A stretch of DNA of 64,000 nucleotides, from assembly GCA_000708835.1 (NCBI GenBank), contig DF237065.1, positions 1 to 64,000 of the forward strand. The letters are read 5' to 3'. This stretch comes from Klebsormidium nitens (Eukaryota; Plantae; Klebsormidiophyceae). Made by a program: the position numbers and the translations under genes. Positions 13,266 through 26,600 of this stretch are shown here, in pieces (position 1 is the stretch's first letter; every line of letters begins with the position of its first letter). The notes beneath the pieces were generated by a model. That model saw only the letters and a list, made by a program, of their open reading frames with translations, did no database searches and was not told the origin of the DNA.

Positions 13266-14377
13266 GCTTCACCCAGCAGTCCTGCAATCCTTAATGAATG
13301 GCTGAAAGGGATTGCATTATCCTTTGCCAAAGGACCGGATACCACAGGAGCACTGAGCTCCTAAGGTCCATAGATGAAACAAGCGTCAATCGTTAGTGTG
13401 TACTCAACGGAATGTAAACGGAGCAGAATCTTAGGGAAGCTTTTGCAGCATTGCGTTTTAAAGGTCGGTGAATGAGCATGCAATCCTGTGGTGAATGGAG
13501 CGTCCTTGTGCCCAGCACGCATTCATCAAGGACCAAGCCACTGATTCTCGCTTCAATGCTGAGAATCAGGTCACCGCATTCCCTCCTTTTGCAAGCCTGT
13601 GTCACAGTGCATGGGCAAGGGCCGCTCTGCTTCCATCAGACTATGCAGTGATATATTTGTGTTGTTGTGCAGACCGTCAAAAGCTACCGTCACTGCCGAA
13701 TCCCCGGTCCCTTTGCGAGCTACTTCACTGCAACCATCGCGGGCAACTTTGGCCCGGCCGGCCGAACTTGGCCCGCCGTTCTAAGGGATCTACCGCGCGC
13801 GCAGAAGAAGAACACGACATCTGAATCGTCCGTGGGACATCGGACGGGCAGGATCGAAAGCGGGCGAGTGGCGGCCGCGCGCCGCGACGATGCGGCCGCC
13901 CGGGCGTGGGCCTTTTATCCCGACAACAAAAGTGCAAGATTGACAAAAACTGTGAACTTCAAAAGAAGAAGATATGTATCTGCCTCGGAAAAACTATAAT
14001 CTACTTTTACTCAGCGAACAAGACGCAAGGACAATGTATTACGACAGGCTGCAGGAATCTGCATTGTTGGCGTCCAAGAGTAGTATCAAAAGAATGCAAA
14101 AGTCTGGGATGCGGCTGGCAGCATTGCAATGCTGTCTCGTGTGAGGACATTGAAAATTGTGGCATCCTGCAAATTTCTGCAGCTTTTCTGAGCAATTGCA
14201 ACATTGCTAGTAACAAGCAACACAGCTTAAAAAGGTGGACAATGTGGCCCGTTTGATCGGAGGCAGCCAACCTATGGAAGAGCCAGACCATCAATCACAA
14301 CTGTGGCCAGGTCAAAGGACTGAAAGAACTTAAACAAAGTAGGCCGTTAGCTTGAAGTACACAGCTTTGCAGGGAAA

Positions 14378-17300
14378 ATGAAGGGCCAGAAATCAAGCAC
14401 GACTTTGTCAGCATCCGAGATGGTCACGAATGCCGCCACAGCTTTAAATGCTGGGGAGCTTCTCAGTCTGTGTGAGAAGCTAGTTGCCAGCTATAACTCG
14501 GCAAAAATAAACCCAGATATCCATGCCGATGAATGCATAGCAGAGTGGAAAGTCACAGACGAAGACGACAAGGTGTTTCTGAAGCAGGTGAGGTTGCGTG
14601 CATGCAAACGCTTCTTTTCTTGAGCAAATCGATGCGTACAGTAGCAGTCAAGAAGGAATATTTGATTGTGCTCGAAGAGGGCAGCTTTTGAAGCATGGCA
14701 GCTGAAGGATCGGCCTTCAAGTTCCTGTAAGCTGGGTACTCAGGAGGGGTTTGCCTTGGAGAGAAAAGCAGGAAGGTGTGTGCTGTTCAAACCACTTATA
14801 GCAGGGAAACCAAAGGGCAGTCAACAAAACGAACCATGGCGCTCTGTAGAATTCATTGAAACTTTCCTAACGAGGCTCTTTCTGCGTATCCAGCGGCAAA
14901 CATATTGGGCGGGTAGTCGCAAATGACATGGTGTGAAGCATGTATGCACATGCATATGAAAACTTTCTTTTCACAAATACTGCAAGACACTGCACCTCTT
15001 TCTGGCTCAGCTGACTAACCTGGTCTTCATCACATTGCAGGTTACAGAACACTTGCAACATGAAACAAAGTCCCATCAGTTCTGACAACCTGTGCCCTCA
15101 AACCCCGGTTCCAACCGCTGGAAAGCTCAAGTGTGTTTTAGAATGTGACAAACTCATGAAATTTGTCGACTGATAAAAACAGATCTACAGAAGCAGGTTT
15201 AACCATCAGCTTTTGATGGTGATCCAGGTTTTGTATGGCTGCTGTCGCTACAAGAAGCTGATCAAGGCTCTTGTGACCAGCCTGTACCACAACAACTCTG
15301 GCTGCACCCTACGCTCCGACGTCCACTTGTACAGCGTGTTTGTGTACCTCATTCTGATCCGACTGGAGGAGCTGACCTTTGAGCAATTCAGGTGAGAGGC
15401 AAACTTTCTAGTCAAAGAGTGGAAGTTGGTTGATATCAGTCAAAACCCACAGGCTTAGTGCAGTTTCAAATGGAGTTCGAAATCTACAGTGGCGCAAGCC
15501 AACTTTTACTTGCAATGTCTCCTGATTAGTGTGGTTATTTTATCAGACCCTTGCATGGTCTGACTACCTTCTTACAAGTAGAAACCCCACATCCTGATAG
15601 GCGACCAGTCCCAAACTACGTTCGAATGACAACAATCACTTTGTTCACTCCTTGCTCTCTCAGCGAACGCCGCGGCTTATATTGCATTTGGCCAACTTGC
15701 CATGAGCAATATCCGTAGAGCTGAAGTCTTCAGTGTCCCAGTCACCAGGGGAACACTTCGTGCAAATTACCTCCAATCCGGCTAATGTTGACCATCTGCC
15801 TAACCTCGTTTTTGGCAGGCGGCTCTGCCTCACCCAGGAGCCCCAGAAGATCCTGGTTCTGGTCAACTATGTCTTTAACCGCGAGAACCTGGAGCAGTGG
15901 TGCAAGGACGAGTGGCTCAAAATCTACGACACCACCTTTGTGACCGCACTCATTGACAGCGTCCTGCAATGGCAACCCCACGTTGCAGAGATGGTGAAGA
16001 GGTGAGGGGGACGATGGGTGCCGTTACTATGAACCCCTTTCTATCCGTTCGTGAAACGTGAGTGTTAGAGACTTCTTGACATCTGAATGACTTTGCGAGG
16101 ATCGGGCCTCGTGTCTCAAGCGCCTGGTTTCAAAGACGATCCAGTTTGTTGCGTTTGCTGTTGAGCCAAAATCTGTCAAGCTGACCCGCTCAATCCATGT
16201 TTTTGAAGTTAAGAAACCTTGGGCCGTCCGATGCTTGCAAATGGGTCAACTATCGGCCAAATTTCTGTACACGGCTGAAAAAGACGTTTTGGTGACTCCC
16301 AGTCTGACAACTCAAAGAAAAGCGCATCCAATGAGTCTGAGCAACGTGGCGGTCTTTGCAGGCTCGAGGAGAAAGTGTTTATGAAACGGAGGGCGGAGGA
16401 GCAGGAGGCGGACACGGGGGCGCGCGGCGCATCCTCGAAATTTACGGCGACGGTCGTGCAGCCGTTTAACCTGTCAATGAGCAAACGGAAGCCGGTCTAC
16501 ATCGACGAAGAGCCGGTGAGCCATGCTTAGTCTAGATGTTAAGAATCGTGTCTTAAGAACATAGGATATGCTGTCAGATTTGATTCTGGTTGTGAGGGCG
16601 ACCGATGCTTTCACTTGGCAATCATATCGTTTCAAGGGCCGATGAAGATGTGTTTTGCGGACTTACACATCGCTTACAAGAAAAGCAATTTTGCGTCTCG
16701 TAAAGGACAGCTCGCTTCGATGCTTTAGAAGGACGGCAGAACTGTCGACCTGGCCAGTCTCTTCAGATACAACGAAAACAGCAACGAAGTTTGCACGCCG
16801 TTGATTCTTCCTAAGCTGACCCTACAAAGCTAGCTCTTCTTAAGCAACCGCGAGAGCCATTCCGTAACTAGCAGCGCGGTCTTTTGCAGGTGGTAACGCT
16901 CAAAGCCCGCCCGCCGCCCCCCCACCTCGACGGCCCCACGCCCACGGAGCTCGCGCTCGAGAAAGCGCGCGAGCAGAACCGCGCGCGCGCCGCCGAGAAG
17001 TACGCCGACGCGAGGCCATTCCGGCTGCGCGTGCTGGAGCGCCCGAGCAACCTGGAGAAGGTGAAACTTGAGGTGGAGGAAACGCGCGCGGAGGCGCACG
17101 CCTTCCGGCCGGTCAAGGCGCGCCCGGTGCCGGCTGCGTCGGAAGCCAAGGTGAGCACGTCTTTTCGCGAACTCACCCGTCGATGTAAGATTTTGCGGGG
17201 AGTTTCTGGGCACACTATGGAGAAATGCCAGCACGCGACGGACGGTAGCAATGGGGAGACGACCATCGAAAGTCAAGCGCCAACAGAAGTCTAGGGGATG

Positions 17301-20300
17301 CGACAAAACGGGCCTCACGTTTCAATATCCGCTGGTGCGAAGCGGCGTTGGCGAGCAAGAACGAGAGCGCTGTTCCGTTCAAAGCAAAGTGAGAATCATT
17401 TCCTAAGCATCCAATCGGCTTTGTTGTTTTCAGTAAAAGTTTTGGTCATTCGTTGTGCCATCACAGCTGCCGACATCCTGTAGGTGCCTAACAGTGAAGA
17501 TTGTGCTTATAAGGCGAGGAGAGCCGAAAGCACACCAGCTTTTGGTGGCACTCCCAACGGCTTGCCTAAACATGAGCTAAGTTTGCTTCCCCACCACTTG
17601 GGTAGGCCACTGTAGAAACGAAACGCTCAAAGGCTAAACCCCTTAAAACCCGCGCAGGTCAAGTATAACGCGGCCGCGATCCTGCGCGAGGACGCGCTCC
17701 TTCGGAAGAAGCAGGAAGAGGCCGCGAAGGCGCTCCAGCAGTACGAGTCGGAACTGCGGGACGCGTCGGAGTATCTGGCATGGCGAGAAGAGATGAGCAA
17801 AGCGGAGGAGGCGGAGCGCGCGGCGGAGATTGAACGGCGAAGGATCGAGACCGCGGCGGGGGCGGAAATGGTGAAGCAGGCGGTTGCAGCCAAGGTGGGC
17901 TTCTTGGATGATTCTCTGGAACAGTCATAATTCATAAGGAATGAACTACACTAAAAGCCTAAACACGAACATCTATCTGCTCCGCACCCGTGCCCCGCTA
18001 AACCCCCGCATCCGTCCCAGACAGGATAACCCATTATCGTTTAAGCTTATGCTAAATGATCTGAAGAGCGATGACAAATGGAGCTTTTGGGGGGCAAGGA
18101 GGTACTAGAATCCTGGTCGCAAAGTACTTCGAAATCGAAGTCGTACGTAGCTTGGTAATGTGATGGTGTTCGAATCAAGGGGTGTCCCCTGTTATGTCGC
18201 AACTGTGCTGTTGTGACGGAAGAAGAAGAGTTTCGTGCTCTCATTGGGAAAGGCTTGTGGCATGGCACGTTTCATGTACCTGGTTTCAAGGATAAGTTGA
18301 CTGCGATATGAGAGTATCGCGGAAGAGTGTCATCAGAAACTTGCTGTGCTGCAGCCAGAATCGAGCTTGATTAAAGATAATTCGCCCGAGAGTTGTCTTT
18401 CCTCGCACGGAGGCTCAAAGGTCTTGCGCTGCCTAACGCTTTAGCGTAGGCCTTCCAACAATGAATAGTCCACTGGTAATCTGTTCATTCCAATGACCGT
18501 TCTTATCATACTAAAATAAGCATATTGTATGCTGCAGGCTCAAGAGAACAAGCAGACGGTGGCGTCGATGCGCGCGCAGGCGGAGCTTCTGGAGCAGCAA
18601 CTGGCGCAGGAGAGGGAACAGATCGAGCAGGCCAACAGGATGAAGAAGCTGGAGATCGTGGAGGATAGGCAGGCCGTCAAGGTGCGCCCATACGACCAAC
18701 GTCGGTGCTATAAGCTCTTGCAGAATTCATGCGTTTTACTTTTGCGTTACATCGAACGGCCGGATGGCCTCGTTCCGATTTGCTTTCCTGTGTAACAAGG
18801 GGCCTTGTTGAGGGTTGCTCCCGTCATTATGAACTTTCAAGTGGTTTGGAAAAGGACCAGTATCATGGTGACGGTTGACGTTAATGACAGGCGCTCAGCT
18901 TATCAGAGAGCCACTCTAGTCTGGAGTAACTCAAAACTCGGACTTACATAATCTGCCCTATCCGACTGTACTGACCAGCTTTATGCATAGCAGAGCAGCG
19001 TCATTCTATGCACTGACCCGCTGAATCCTACTTTGAGGGGACAAGACGTGCGTCTGTAGGAGAATCTAAGATCAAATTGAGACGTGGATTTACAATCTTC
19101 TGCCACGTGTCAGGCTGCTGTGGAGAAGGTGGCGGCCGAGAAGCGGCGCCAGGCGGAGGAGGTGGAGCGCGAGAGCGCGGCGCGCGCGCGGCGGCTCGCG
19201 GAGGAGAAAGCCATCGAACAGAAGCGGAAGGAGGACCTCATACGGCAACTGAGAGTAAGCAAACCATAGGGTAAAGAGCATGTTCATCTGATGACAATTG
19301 TGATTTTGTCCGCGCCCTTAACCGCACTTTTCGCCCTCGTTTGCGGCATGTTTGGCAAGGTACGACTCGCGTGTTCCCGAATCCCTGTAGTCGTGGCCCA
19401 GAAATGGCGTATAGATCCAAGATTAAGTGTCGAGCTCTAAATGCTGTGAACGATATTGCGAACGAGTCCGCGAACAATCCCTCCCTTTGAGATCCGCAAC
19501 ATTTGGGTAGCTGCTGACTGAATCCTGCCGTTGCTTCCATGGAGCGGGGAGGTGACACAAATCAAGGCCATCTGACAAAATGTTTTGCAAGGTCAAACGT
19601 TAACCATCTTTTCTGTGCGCGCGCGCAGGCGCTTGACGCCGTCCAGAGGACCCGGTCCAAGGAGCCGTTCGACCCGTTCACGAGCGGGAACCACGGCCTC
19701 TTAGAAGAGATGTCGCTCGCGGAGCTGAAGGAGCGGGTTGGAAGAATGCGCGAGCAGGAGCGCGCGTGGGAGGAGGAGCAGCGCGCGCGGATCGCCGCGC
19801 AGAAGCAGGAAAAAGAAAGCGCGCTCCTGAGCAAGGCGGAGACGATCAGTAAAGCGCGCGAGCGCGCGGAGGCGCTGCGGAAGGCGAAGCGCGCAGCGCG
19901 CGCGGTGGAGGCGCGCGCGAAAGAGGAGGAGGGGGAGCGCGCACGGCAGGAGGGGGAGGTGAAGCTGGCGGAAAGATTGCAGGTGAGGATGGTTAACTTG
20001 TAGTGGTGGAACGAAGATGGTAAGAAAGAACCATTCCCCAGACCCCGGCTGGAATGTGTGCTTTGGTTGCGCACACAGATTGCATCCAACGTGATTTGTC
20101 GCTGCTCGCTTGAATTCATCTTTCCAATAAGGTGAAAGACCCGATTGACATAATCGCAGACATAGTGAGTATCACACAACATGTAAAGGCCTCGCTGTTC
20201 AACCGCCTACATCCTTTCAATAAGCTTGCGAAGCCTGTCCTCCGGAGGCTGCATTTCCCAAGAGTGGCCGCACTGAGAATCTTAAGACGCCCCAACAACC

Positions 20301-21191
20301 TTGCTTGGAGAGAGCGGCTTGAAACGCCTCCTCTTTCCGTAGAAAAACGTCACGATTGATTGCTACTTGACAGTAATTGCTTCATTCAGCAAGTCCTCTA
20401 TCCTGAGGTGTCCGGCTTTTCTCGTCGACTCAGGCCAAGCGGCGCGCGCGCGAGGAGGAGCTCGCGCGCTTAGAGGCCGAGGAGCGCGCGATCGCGTTCG
20501 AGCAGCAGCGGCTCGCGGCCGAGAAGGCGCGCCTGGACGCGCTGCGCGCCGCGGAGCTCGGCAAGGGCGCGGAGCGCGCCGCGCGCGCGGAGGAGGAGAG
20601 GCAGCGGAAGGCGGCGGAAACGGAAGCGGAGACGAAGGCGAAGCAGGAGCGGCTGCGAAAGCAGCTGCAGCGCGCGGAACGGACGGAACGGAAGCGGACG
20701 ATTAAGCACTACGACGCCAAGGTGACTGGGGACCTTGGTTTCCAGACCGTCCGATTGGTTTTGGACGCCATCAATCCTCCTGGAGATACGTAACGTAGCT
20801 TGAACGGGGCTTGACGATTCGATTCCCGATCCGTGCATATCGAGCGAATCAGAGACAACAAAGTGAGGTCCGAAGCTTGTTCTGTGCAGGACAAGCCGAC
20901 CGAAACTCAAGGACTGCGGAGAAGAGGGTGGAGCGCGCAAAGAAAACCTGCTTGCTTGACAGAGCGCCTGACGGCTTCGAATCCGTTTTCCTGCAGGTCG
21001 AGCGCATCAAGGCAGAAAATGTGCAGGAGAAGACGGAAGAGCTCGCAAAGAAAAAGACGCTGGTTTTGACGGAACGCCAACGGATGGAGCACGCACGACA
21101 GGCCCTCACGGAGCGGGACCCGTATAAAGCTAGCTTGACCCTCCCTCTGAGGGAGAGGCCAAAGAGCCCCCCAACCTCGAAAATGCGGTGA
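14378..21191 (+). CDS. CFAP99: Cilia- and flagella-associated protein 99, 11 exons
   Basis: Exons ~14378-14589, 15228-15391, 15819-16001, 16362-16515, 16890-17149, 17658-17894, 18538-18681, 19113-19254, 19629-19982, 20434-20721, 20997-21191. The N-terminal segments [33 protein letters not shown] and [36 protein letters not shown] match the CFAP99 N-terminal domain as I recall it (e.g. WIKDEWSLIYE..LMRWQPEV in vertebrates), followed by a long coiled coil. Confidence 0.88.
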
Positions 21192-23627
21192 TAACTCGAA
21201 CACAAGATCTTTGGTCACTCGGAAGTCATAGAGAGGAATACATTGCAATAAAATAACAAGGTATGAAGGTAAAGACCGTGTCATCTGAGTGTCAATCTTT
21301 GGCGGATCTGAATTTCACCATTTGGCCAGTCAATTAAAACGGCTTGATGGCGCCGACGCTCGTTATCCGGGCATGCCAGCATGTGACACAGCCGTAAGGA
21401 TCTTAGAAAATACAAAATCAATTACCTATACAATGACTACTTCTTATACGTAGTAGGCAGTCGGGCGAACACACATAATCATGATGTACTCGACTAGTCT
21501 CTGTTCATCCACTCACAACCGCGAAGACTCGGGTCGAAATATGAGGTCTTTAAAAGCCAGAACGAGGCTTCATATCTGAAGGGCCACTCTCGTGGAAGTC
21601 TGGTAGATTGACGAGCCCGAGCGCACACGGCCTTGCAAGCACCGCGAGTGCGCAGTTTGCACGTTGATGGTTCTGAACGTTGTACAATGATCAAGATTCT
21701 GCGTCAATGCTGACGACGCCATACACCGTGACGGATGAACGGGCGAGGAATATAGGAGCAGCATAGTAGTATAATACTCAAGTACAGCCAGAGATCCCAT
21801 GTTGCCTAATGCAACCAAAAGGAGGGTCTATCAAATGGAGGGTAGCACTTAGTGCTCGCGACCCGCCGATGATCAGTTCTGAGCCTCGATTCGTCTAGCT
21901 GGGCATACGGTATCCAAGGGGTCAAGCTGGCCTGCAATCTGGATGATCAGCCTCAATCACGAAGGAAATTGACATACGATATGCTGCCAAGCACAGAGTA
22001 GCAGTGATGGTATAACCTACACGTGGCACGGTACCACCCATGTGAATATTTGGTGACCGGTACCGGGTACTGCCCACGTACCGGGCCCGGGCCCCGAAGG
22101 CAGTGGCCCAATACGTAGGAGTGTCTGCCCGGTAGATTTTCTGGTAATGCGTACCGGGGGACCGAAGTCATTCGACCGGTCCCCAGTACCAGGAAATAGT
22201 AAGTACACGCGCGCGCCTGTTTTGAGTTCGACAGTTGACACAGCGGACTGATCGACCGAGCATCATGCAGTCGTTGAATTGACCTACGGTGTTAGATACC
22301 TATATGTGATTACTAATTAAGTATACCGGGCAGTCCAGCAAGCAGTCACTTGCAAATCAGCCTGAGGTAAGGTTCCCTACGCGTTTAGGAGATACCCCGA
22401 TGGTGTGATTTGACTCTGTAGTTCGCTAGGTCGGATCATCACTTATATCCTGCATTGTTCATGTGTAGAGTTCGGTTCGAGCGCAAGGATGCGGCACAGG
22501 GGGCGGTGCCTAAGATGGTCTAGTGTCGTTACATTGAGCATCTTTGATGCTGCCACCCAAAAAGTGGGGCATTCGAAAGATACTGGAAGGGGGGCCGAAC
22601 GATGGCCAAGTCAAAGAGCATTACTTTAAGAGGCAGCAACGATCGCTGATGGAAAATCATGAATAGTTAGATTGCATCCACCTGAAGTCACGGACCCCGG
22701 TGCTATGTAAGGCGGCAACACAAAGCGGCCAGGAATATGCGGGCATTGAGGGAGAGAGCATAAGCAATATAAATGCTAGGGAATTGCACTTTAAGGAAAA
22801 GACACAGACACGATCAGCCTTCTGGCACTGAAACGTTCTACCGCAAGGAGGGGCTAGCACTCTGGTTGACAGCATTGCACAGACGACTGCACCAAATGCA
22901 GAGCCCAATCGCAGGTCATGTTGCAAGGTAGGCAGCGGGCAATTGATTGCCTGCCTTATGTGATGAGCAAAGCGAATTAGAATTCGGGGCCACCTTCTAT
23001 TGGGTTGGCATGCACACAGTGCCCGTGCGTCTTCTTTACCACTTATTGAGCGGCATTGCATTAAGCAACTCAGCGGTGAACTGCTCTGCCTAATTACTTG
23101 TTAGGACAGCTTGTGTTTTGACCTGTGAGCTCTATCGATGGTAACCTGGAACCCTTCGACAACTGAAGTGCTAGCTTGAAAGCTTGCCGCTCTCGAAGGT
23201 GCGCCTTAGCCCTCAGTCTTCAGCCGATCAGCAACTTTACAGCCTCAAGGAGTTGGACGCTGCGGTCTTCAATCCAGTGTTGTTAGGAGAACGGCTAAGC
23301 TTAACTTACACAGTTGGGAGGTTTTCTGAGCCGGATGTTGTTCTTCCAGAAGATTTTACCATTCACGTCCCCTTGGGGCTTCTGTTAAGATTGAAAGTGC
23401 AGAAGCTGTGATCCTACTGTACTGATGAGTTACTCTAGAAAAGGACTACTCTATTTTCTTATCCGTCCAATCTGCCTTTTTACCCCCACACGTGCCCCTT
23501 GTGCCGCAGGCACACCCTGGTCAACCAGGTAATAAGCTCTATTACAATCATGTTGAGCTGGCGGCCATACCTCCCCGCACCGCTCATTCCCCCACGCGCA
23601 ATCTGCCTCCGGTAACAAGCACCAAAC

Positions 23628-26600
23628 ATGGCTTCAGCTGCTCCCCACCAGCTGGTCTGCGTGAGCCCCGAGTGGGGTTCGCGGACTGAACCCCCCGACA
23701 GTTTGCACGGCAGCCCGAATGCTGCGGCGAGCGCGCTCAAACGGCCGGTGGCGGGGTTGTGGAACGGGCTAGAACCGGGACCCATTTTACAGGGTCCGAT
23801 TAGCTGGCCGCACTGTTTAGTCCAGTCATCGAGGAATGATAAGCGGAAGAGCCGATCGGCCGGCAGCTCGCGGCGGCCGACAGACGCGGAGTCGGGACAC
23901 GGGTGTGGGTGCGACGCGCATGAGGCTTTGTGTCAGGTGAATTCGTCTCGAGTCTATGACTAACTGTCGACTGTATGCCTAAGTGTCGATTCTACAGATA
24001 AGTCTCGATCCTGTTTTTAGTAAGCTGCATGAGAAATAGGGTCGTTCTTCCAGGCGAATACGAAGTGGAGACCACAAGCCAGGTGTTCACGCGCTCCGCA
24101 CCCAACCCAGCCTTTACCCCCATGTAAACCCACCCGTCCCCCGGCGGGCTTCCTCTCTTCTTTAAAAAAGATGGATAACATCAATAAACACAAATAAGGA
24201 AAACTCGCATAAAATAAACACATATAGCTTGCTCACAGAATCAAAATCTGTGTCAGGTGAAGGAGGAGCGGCCGTCGAGCCCGGCGCTCTTTCGGAGGTC
24301 CAAGAGCGACGGGAAGCAGCACCACGCGGCATCCGAGCGGCACACAATCGGATGTCCGGACGATGTACACCGTCCGTTGCCGCGGCAAGAGGAGTCGTTT
24401 CAACAGATGTTCCGGACGGAATGGGGGCCACACACGGGGAGGGGGGTCAATTCAGAGGGGCCGGCGGGGGGGGGTCCGAGAGAGGAGGGAACTAGGGGGG
24501 GAGCAAGGTGGGATGCGCATGGTGCGAAAGCGGTGTATCAGCGGCTGTACACGCACGCGCGAAATAGGGAGACGCGTCGGAAGGAACGGGAGGAGCAGAA
24601 AGAGAAGCAAGAGGTGAGCTGGGTTTGTTGTGAGCTAGAAGCATAAGCGGCGCAAGTTTGGCATCGGCCTTGGAACGCCGCTGCTTGATGGTGAAGAAGA
24701 ACCAATAGGGGGGATTTCGCCTGGTTAAGGTGCCAGGGAAAGAAACTCGTTCGTTCAGAGTCCTTGGTCAAGGGGTTGCCAAAGCAGATGGTTGGTCGTA
24801 TGCTCCATCGAGCTTACTCAACACGCAAGCTCAAGTACCAGTAATGTAGGCGGTTTGCCCGCCCAGCTGATTCGACACTCTTAGATGCTTTTTGCGGGCG
24901 CCCCCCTCCTCTCGTTCACTCTCAACGTGGTTAAGCATAAGATGAGGATAATTTGCTCAAACCCAGAGGTTTCACTGGCTCGAATCCAAACCCGCCCCAA
25001 ACCCCATATTTATCCCATCCGTCCCAACCTAACGACCTGACCTTTCGTTGTTTTCAGTTAGATTCCCTCTGCAAGAGTCTTTCGTCTTTCTTTCCAGATG
25101 TAAGATTCGATGGAGTGGCCCAGGCTCTACCCTCATTCCGAACATATGCGTCTCAGCCTAGTTGCTCAACCTATCGCTTATCGTTGTCTCAACATCCATG
25201 CGTTCTCTCGAATGTTTCTTTCTTGGCTCCTCAGAGTGACGGGGCGGCGGCCCGTCCTGTGCCCCGATATGAAACCCATCCGTCCCAGCTTAATAGATAT
25301 AATTTTGTGGCTGATAACCATTAGTCTCATCCGAGAGACGTTTCTCTTCGCGCCACCCTGATGCAAGACGTCACTGGGCGGCCAGCCCTGTTACTGCCCC
25401 CAGTCCGCAAGCACGTTTTCTAGCGTCCGAGCCATAAGCTACTGACTCGATTTCTCGCCATCCTAGATGCAAGACGTCACCGGACGGCCCACGCTGAACC
25501 CCCTGTCCGCGAGCATGCTGCGCCAAGCGCGCTCGTTCGAGGAGCGGCTGAGCGCGTACGAGGCGCGCGCGCGCCGGCGCGCGCAGGCGCTCAAGGACGA
25601 GGTCGAGGCGCGGCGGGCGGCCGAGGAGGCGGAGCACGCGCGGCCGCCGCGCATCACGAAGCTGTCGAAGAAGCTGTCGCGGGGAGTCACGCATTTGGTG
25701 AGCATTCGACCTGGCGAACACGACGTTGAATCAACTAAGCTTGACTTATGGGGGTACTGGATGAATTCTTCAATGTTCTTAAGAATCCGAGAAAAACGCA
25801 TCTGCATTTTATTGCGCGAGGTTCTACGTGCGGCATCGATGCGTGGCAAAGTTTGTCCTGCTTTTTGGGGGAGCTGCATTTTCGATGTGTGTTATTTGTA
25901 GTGCGAGGCAAATGAGGAGTTTGTGCTGGATCTCGTAGGCCGTCCGGCGCTTGCGTTACAAAATGGGGAATGGTTTCTCTTGGGGCCGAGATCTTTGAAG
26001 ATCTTTCTAGGAGGGCGCGCAATGGAAAAGGAGACTACCAAGATACACCCAGACCCTTAATATCAAACCCTTGCCGTGCACCACAGAGACCGGCGTTTGA
26101 TTCGTGAACCGGAAGAAGGTCGTTCCTTGAAGGTTCTGAAAACAAGATTATTGTTTGGCTTAAAGGCGTCACATGCAGGTCGACGAGCGGAATGCATTCG
26201 AGTTTTGGATCTGGTTATCTCAGAGGTCAAACCGCGCGGTTTAACGATGCGTTGAAGGCACACTGATGACGCAAGCAACTTCTACCGCATTTGTGTCAAA
26301 TCCGATGTGTGTGCATGCGAACGTGCGACCTCGTGTTGACCACAATCGGACTTGTCCGTCTCTGCCGATCGTTGTTTCGAAACGTCTAAACGAAGACCAC
26401 CTGGATACGGCAACAGATACAGAGGAAAGTGGAATCAAAGCAGACAGGTCCCTCCTGTCAATCGGCAAGAAATGGCGGACGCCGGGCCTGTGAGCAGTTG
26501 CAAGGCAGTAAAGACCACGTTCCGGAACCCGCCTGCAGTTTTTATTTCAGGATTCCCTTATGAGAATGATTTTGTCGTCCTTGCTAGTCTCTAGCCCCTC

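Noticed and set aside
13660-14294. Possible additional upstream coding exons of the IQ gene
   Set aside because: An in-frame stop lies just before ATG 13265 and I could not phase these segments in; may be 5' UTR exons.
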